A stretch of DNA of 30,252 nt from IMG/VR virus record IMGVR_UViG_3300037722_001729, positions 1 to 30,252 of that record. One strand, written 5' to 3'. Below are positions 26,789 through 30,252 of the stretch, piece after piece. The notes under the pieces were generated by a model. The model worked only from the letters and a program-made list of their open reading frames with translations, was not told the DNA's origin and made no database searches. The translations under genes and the position numbers were made by a program. Each line of letters begins with the position of its first letter. The first letter of the stretch is position 1. The stretch comes from a virus. Its lineage: Duplodnaviria; Caudoviricetes.

Positions 26789-27009
26789 GCGCCTCCGGGC
26801 TTTCCCGCCGCGCCCTCCTGGCGCGCGTCGGCGCACTGCCGGCGGCGCTCGCCTTGGCGCGCGGCGATCGAACCATCAACGCCGCGGCGATCTACGACCG
26901 CCCCGGCCAGATGATGCGGCCGCTCTATGACGAGAGCGGCCGGCTTTCGGACTTCGTCGTCGGGTGGATCGATCCGGCTTCGGTGCAGATCTGGGAGGGA
27001 CCGCGATGA
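26785..27009 (+). CDS. Small protein with twin-arginine-like N-terminus (74 aa)
   Basis: LSRRALL followed by a short hydrophobic stretch; ATGA coupling at both ends. Confidence 0.6.
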   Translation: MSASGLSRRALLARVGALPAALALARGDRTINAAAIYDRPGQMMRPLYDESGRLSDFVVGWIDPASVQIWEGPR

Positions 27010-27665
27010 TCGAGACGAACGCGGCCGACGAGCCAGGCCACGCGGAGATCATCGAGCGCATCTCGCGGCAGGTCACGACCTGCTTCGATGGGCTCGCGGA
27101 GGCGATGGTCGCTGGGCAGAACGAGCTCCGCCGCGAGATCGGCCGGATGCAGAAGAGCTTCGTGATCCTCGAGACCACCATGACGACGCGGGAGGACGCG
27201 AGCCGCCAGGCGCGCGGCGAGATGCGCGAGGCCCTGGAGAGCCGCGTCGAGGGCGCGGTTCGCGGGGCGATGGACGAGCTCAGGCACGAGACCGGCGTGC
27301 TGCACAAGCGCATCGACCGAGTGGAGCGCCGGAGCGGTCGGCCGCTCGGAGGGGCCCCTGCCCCGGCCGGCGCCAACGGCGGCGACGCGCTCGACGGCAT
27401 CGCGCGCTCGGTCTGGGCCGCCGTGCGCGCCTGGCTGGCCGCGACGATCTGGGGACGCATCATCGCGACGCTGCTCGCCCTCGCCGCGGCGCTGGGCGGC
27501 GGCATGGTGATCGGCTCGAGCACCGCCGCCCCGGCCGCGGGGGCCGCGCCAGCGTCCGACTCGCCGCCGCAAGGCCACCCGGCCGGGGCGGTGAGGGTGG
27601 CGATCCCGCCGCCGCCCGCCCCGCGCGACGCGTCGGCGCTGGGCCTGCGCCCCGACCATGGCTGA
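27006..27665 (+). CDS. Coiled-coil protein with C-terminal transmembrane segment(s)
   Basis: GGAGG RBS; helical N-terminal half; WLAATIWGRIIATLLALAAALGGGMVIG hydrophobic segment; Pro-rich tail. Confidence 0.7.
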   Translation: MIETNAADEPGHAEIIERISRQVTTCFDGLAEAMVAGQNELRREIGRMQKSFVILETTMTTREDASRQARGEMREALESRVEGAVRGAMDELRHETGVLHKRIDRVERRSGRPLGGAPAPAGANGGDALDGIARSVWAAVRAWLAATIWGRIIATLLALAAALGGGMVIGSSTAAPAAGAAPASDSPPQGHPAGAVRVAIPPPPAPRDASALGLRPDHG

Positions 27666-27924
27666 GATCGAGACGCCGGCGAGCCCGGCGCCCGCGCCGC
27701 TTCCGCCGGAGCCGCTTGCCTACTCCGAGGCCTACGTGCGCTCGCTCCAGGTCGAGATCGACGACCTGCGAACGCGGCTTCACGAGGCGGAGTGCGCGGC
27801 GCGGCGCGTCGAGCCCGCGACGTCGCGGGAGGCGCGGCTCGAGCGGGTGATCTCAAATCTCGAAGCGAAGGTGATCCTGCTGCGGCGCGCGCTCGAGTCC
27901 GAGTGCAGCGCCAGGGGATGCTGA
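27658..27924 (+). CDS. Small coiled-coil protein (88 aa)
   Basis: LQVEIDDLRTRL and LERVISNLEAKVILLRRAL heptads; overlaps the previous stop. Confidence 0.65.
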   Translation: MAEIETPASPAPAPLPPEPLAYSEAYVRSLQVEIDDLRTRLHEAECAARRVEPATSREARLERVISNLEAKVILLRRALESECSARGC

Positions 27925-28077
27925 GCTCGTCCGCGTAGCTCGCCGGAGCTCGAGCTGGGCCCTCAGGATTAACGGCGAAGCTCGAGCTGGCCCTCCCGCG
28001 CAGCTCACCACCGGCGAGCTATGGCCCTTGCGGCGCCTGGGCTTTAGCTCGCGCCGCGCGCGCCGCCGCCGGCAGCT
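27924..28077. repeat. Intergenic AGCT-rich repeat patch between convergent operons
   Basis: Ten AGCT tetramers in 154 bp; AGCTCGAGCTGG(G)CCCTC at 27947-27964 and 27979-27995. Confidence 0.7.
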
Positions 28078-28089
28078 CCGCCGCACATC

Positions 28090-28359
28090 TTAAGAGCGCG
28101 CCGTCATCCGCCGCAGCCGAGCTGCGCACTCGGCGAGTGCGGTGGCGGCCGCCTCCGCCTCGTCGGCGGTGAGCGCCTCGGCGATCGCGTCGCCGCCGCC
28201 GCCGACACCTTTGTCGGCAGAGTCGCCGACGGGCTCGAAGACCAGGTCGGCGAAGCCGTCGCTCCGGAGCACCACGGCGAGCGCGTCGGTGATCCGCCAC
28301 TCGCCGACCCGGATGCCGGCCGGCCGATCGAAGGAGCCACGGTCTCCCGGGGCGGCCAT
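28090..28359 (-). CDS. Hypothetical protein (89 aa)
   Basis: TGATG coupling to the upstream minus-strand gene; TAA stop. Confidence 0.6.
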   Translation of the reverse strand: MAAPGDRGSFDRPAGIRVGEWRITDALAVVLRSDGFADLVFEPVGDSADKGVGGGGDAIAEALTADEAEAAATALAECAARLRRMTARS

Positions 28360-28625
28360 CAAGACCCCCGCCACCAGGAATCCTCCTTGCCCGGATGGCC
28401 GATGGCCCGCCGGATCAGGGGTCGAATGCGACACCATCGTGCGTTCTCCTTGTCGTCGCCGGCGGCCGCGGAGTCCCGCATGCGTCGCGTGGCGTGGTGG
28501 TAGGCGGCCTCGCCGCCGAGGGTGGCGATCAGCTTGTCCGCCGTCGCCCTGGCGTCCTCCGCGGCCTCACGCCGGCGTCGGCTCCAGGCCGCGAGGGCGG
28601 CGATCGGGGCGGCGATGGGGGTCAT
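28359..28625 (-). CDS. Hypothetical helical protein (88 aa)
   Basis: GGAGG RBS (cctcc 28631-28635) before ATG 28625. Confidence 0.65.
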   Translation of the reverse strand: MTPIAAPIAALAAWSRRRREAAEDARATADKLIATLGGEAAYHHATRRMRDSAAAGDDKENARWCRIRPLIRRAIGHPGKEDSWWRGS

Positions 28626-28803
28626 TTGCGCCTCCGGCGGCCGCGAACGGCCGCCCTGCGAGGAGTCGCGTAAAGCCGGCGCGTCGTGGCCCCACATGCG
28701 CAAGTCGGGGGAGGGGAGGGGTAGGACACCCGGCGACCCGCGATGCTCACCAGCGGCCGCGAGAGCGCCTCTGTGGGCATTTCGCCATTTTCAGGGGGCG
28801 GAA

Positions 28804-28818
28804 GTTCAGCACACGTTC
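28804..28818 (-). promoter_or_regulatory. Candidate alphaproteobacterial LexA (SOS) box
   Basis: GTTC-agcacac-GTTC, an exact GTTC-N7-GTTC, intergenic and abutting the integrase stop codon. Confidence 0.45.
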
Positions 28819-30252
28819 TCACGCTTCGGCCCCCCCGACGACCCGGAGGCCGGGGCGCCCCTGGAAGCGCCCGCGCGCCGCCGCCGGCGTCGGCCGGTCC
28901 TTGCGACGGGCCTCGGCGACGATGCTCCGCACCCAGCGCGTCCACGCGGCGCCGCCCGCCTGGAGCAAGCCGTAGAACTCGCGCCGGCGCTCCCGGCCGG
29001 CGCGCCGGCGGGCGTCGCCCTCGGCGACGTCGAGCGCGTCGAGATGCGCGCTGACCTTCGCCCAGGTGCGCCGGCGCGCGCACAGGGTGACGTAGCGCCC
29101 CCAGATTTCGGCGACGTCCTCCGTCGCCTCGGCGAGCTCGTCGAGCGCCGTGTACGCCCGCTCGTGAGCGTCGTTGGTCTGGGCGTGGTCGAGATAGCGC
29201 CTGGCGGCGTTGCCCGGCGCGCCGATCGTCTTCAGTCGCGTCGACGCGGTGTCGCGCACCGCGTGGTAGGTGAAGTCCGCGACGCCGGAGGCCTCTCTGA
29301 TCTTCGCCTGCAGGTCGGAGCCGGGGCAGAGGTTCGTCGGCTCGCCGCGTCGATCGCCGCGGCGGGCGCGCCGCCCGACGAAGACGTACGGGTTGCCGTC
29401 CTCGCGCGGGAGGTTGCGGATGATGCGCAGCGCCGCGTCGGGCAGCGGGATCGGCATGTTGAGCTTCTTCTCGCCGTCCTCTGGCATCGCGGCGTCGGCC
29501 ATGCGCCACCAGCCGTCGCGCCCGATCTCGGCGCGCCGCATGGCGGCGAGCGCCTGCTTGCGCTTCCCGACGAGGAGGAGGACCCGCAGGTACGCCCGCT
29601 CATAGAGCCCGAGCGCTGCGGCGGCGCGCCAGAGCGCTCCGATCTCGTCGGCGGAGTAGGGGCGGGGAGGCGGTGAGGCGTGGTCGGACGGCTTCTCGGC
29701 GCCGTCGAGCGGGGAGCGGTCGATGTAGCCGATGGACGGAGACGCGCACCAGCGAAAGAAGGTCTTGAGGAGGCCGAAGGTCTTGTTGGCGGCCGCCGGC
29801 CGGCCGCTGTCGCGCATCCGCTCAAGCAGCGTGCGCACGTCGCGGGCGCCGATCGCGTCGATGCGGCGGTTCAGCCAGGCCGCGCAGTGGAGGCGGAGAA
29901 GGTGACGCACGTTGTCGGCCGATCGATTGCGCTTCACGCCGACCTGGAAGCGGCGGTGGTAGTCGTCGACGGCCTCCTCGAAGGTCGCGTCCGCGATCGG
30001 GCCGTCGAACGGGTCGAGGCCTTCGTCCACGGCGACCTTGAGCGAGCGGGCGCGCTTGCGGGCGCGCTCGACGCGCCACGTCGGCCAGGGCCCGATGGTC
30101 ATCCGTCGGCGGCGCCCGGCGACGCGATAGTCGAACAGGAAGGAGACGCGGCCGGAGGCGAGGACGCGGACGCCGAAGCCAGGCGGGTCGGTGTCCCAAA
30201 CGACCTCGCCCTTCTTCAGCGCCTTCACCAACGGCTCGGTGATCGAGACCAT
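28819..30252 (-). CDS. int: Tyrosine integrase with N-terminal arm-type DNA-binding domain
   Basis: WDTDPPGFGVRV..RRMTIGPWP arm domain; catalytic R (GKRKQAL), HAVR, LDH and Y (HERAY). Confidence 0.93.
   Translation of the reverse strand: MVSITEPLVKALKKGEVVWDTDPPGFGVRVLASGRVSFLFDYRVAGRRRRMTIGPWPTWRVERARKRARSLKVAVDEGLDPFDGPIADATFEEAVDDYHRRFQVGVKRNRSADNVRHLLRLHCAAWLNRRIDAIGARDVRTLLERMRDSGRPAAANKTFGLLKTFFRWCASPSIGYIDRSPLDGAEKPSDHASPPPRPYSADEIGALWRAAAALGLYERAYLRVLLLVGKRKQALAAMRRAEIGRDGWWRMADAAMPEDGEKKLNMPIPLPDAALRIIRNLPREDGNPYVFVGRRARRGDRRGEPTNLCPGSDLQAKIREASGVADFTYHAVRDTASTRLKTIGAPGNAARRYLDHAQTNDAHERAYTALDELAEATEDVAEIWGRYVTLCARRRTWAKVSAHLDALDVAEGDARRRAGRERRREFYGLLQAGGAAWTRWVRSIVAEARRKDRPTPAAARGRFQGRPGLRVVGGAEA

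Larger units (their letters stand above)
1..30252. mobile_element. Temperate siphovirus/prophage (lambda-like head and packaging, GTA-like baseplate), probably alphaproteobacterial host; extends beyond the window
   Basis: Contiguous replication, packaging, head, tail and integrase genes; GcrA-like gene and GTA-type tail tip indicate Alphaproteobacteria. Confidence 0.95.

Noticed and set aside
27924-28077. CRISPR array or tRNA in the repeat patch
   Set aside because: Repeats are short and irregularly spaced, with no constant spacers, cas genes or cloverleaf

Overview
High-GC window that is essentially all temperate siphovirus/prophage DNA of alphaproteobacterial type. Gene order on the + strand: (1) an early, translationally coupled operon (GcrA-like regulator, small ORFs including a second GcrA-type HTH, a replication initiator with an internal iteron/AT-rich origin, and a DUF6362-like late regulator); (2) a lambda-like cos site, TerS, TerL (GpA), gpW, portal, protease-capsid fusion, DUF2190 and head-tail protein; (3) neck, tail tube, -1 frameshifted chaperones, a 1033-aa tape measure, and an RcGTA-like baseplate (DUF2460, DUF2163, NlpC/P60, megatron). 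A tyrosine integrase and two small genes converge from the right on the - strand. The unusual points are: a minimal Chlorella-virus-type ATP-dependent DNA ligase inserted in the head-neck module with a probable leaderless promoter; a holin-like gene between portal and protease; and no recognisable tail fibre or endolysin after the megatron. That slot instead holds two tandem DnaA-domain-IV/GafY-like HTH genes and a Tat-signal/coiled-coil/membrane gene trio. There is also a dense intergenic AGCT repeat patch and a candidate alphaproteobacterial LexA box next to the integrase. All family assignments are by motif recognition by eye; no database searches were run.
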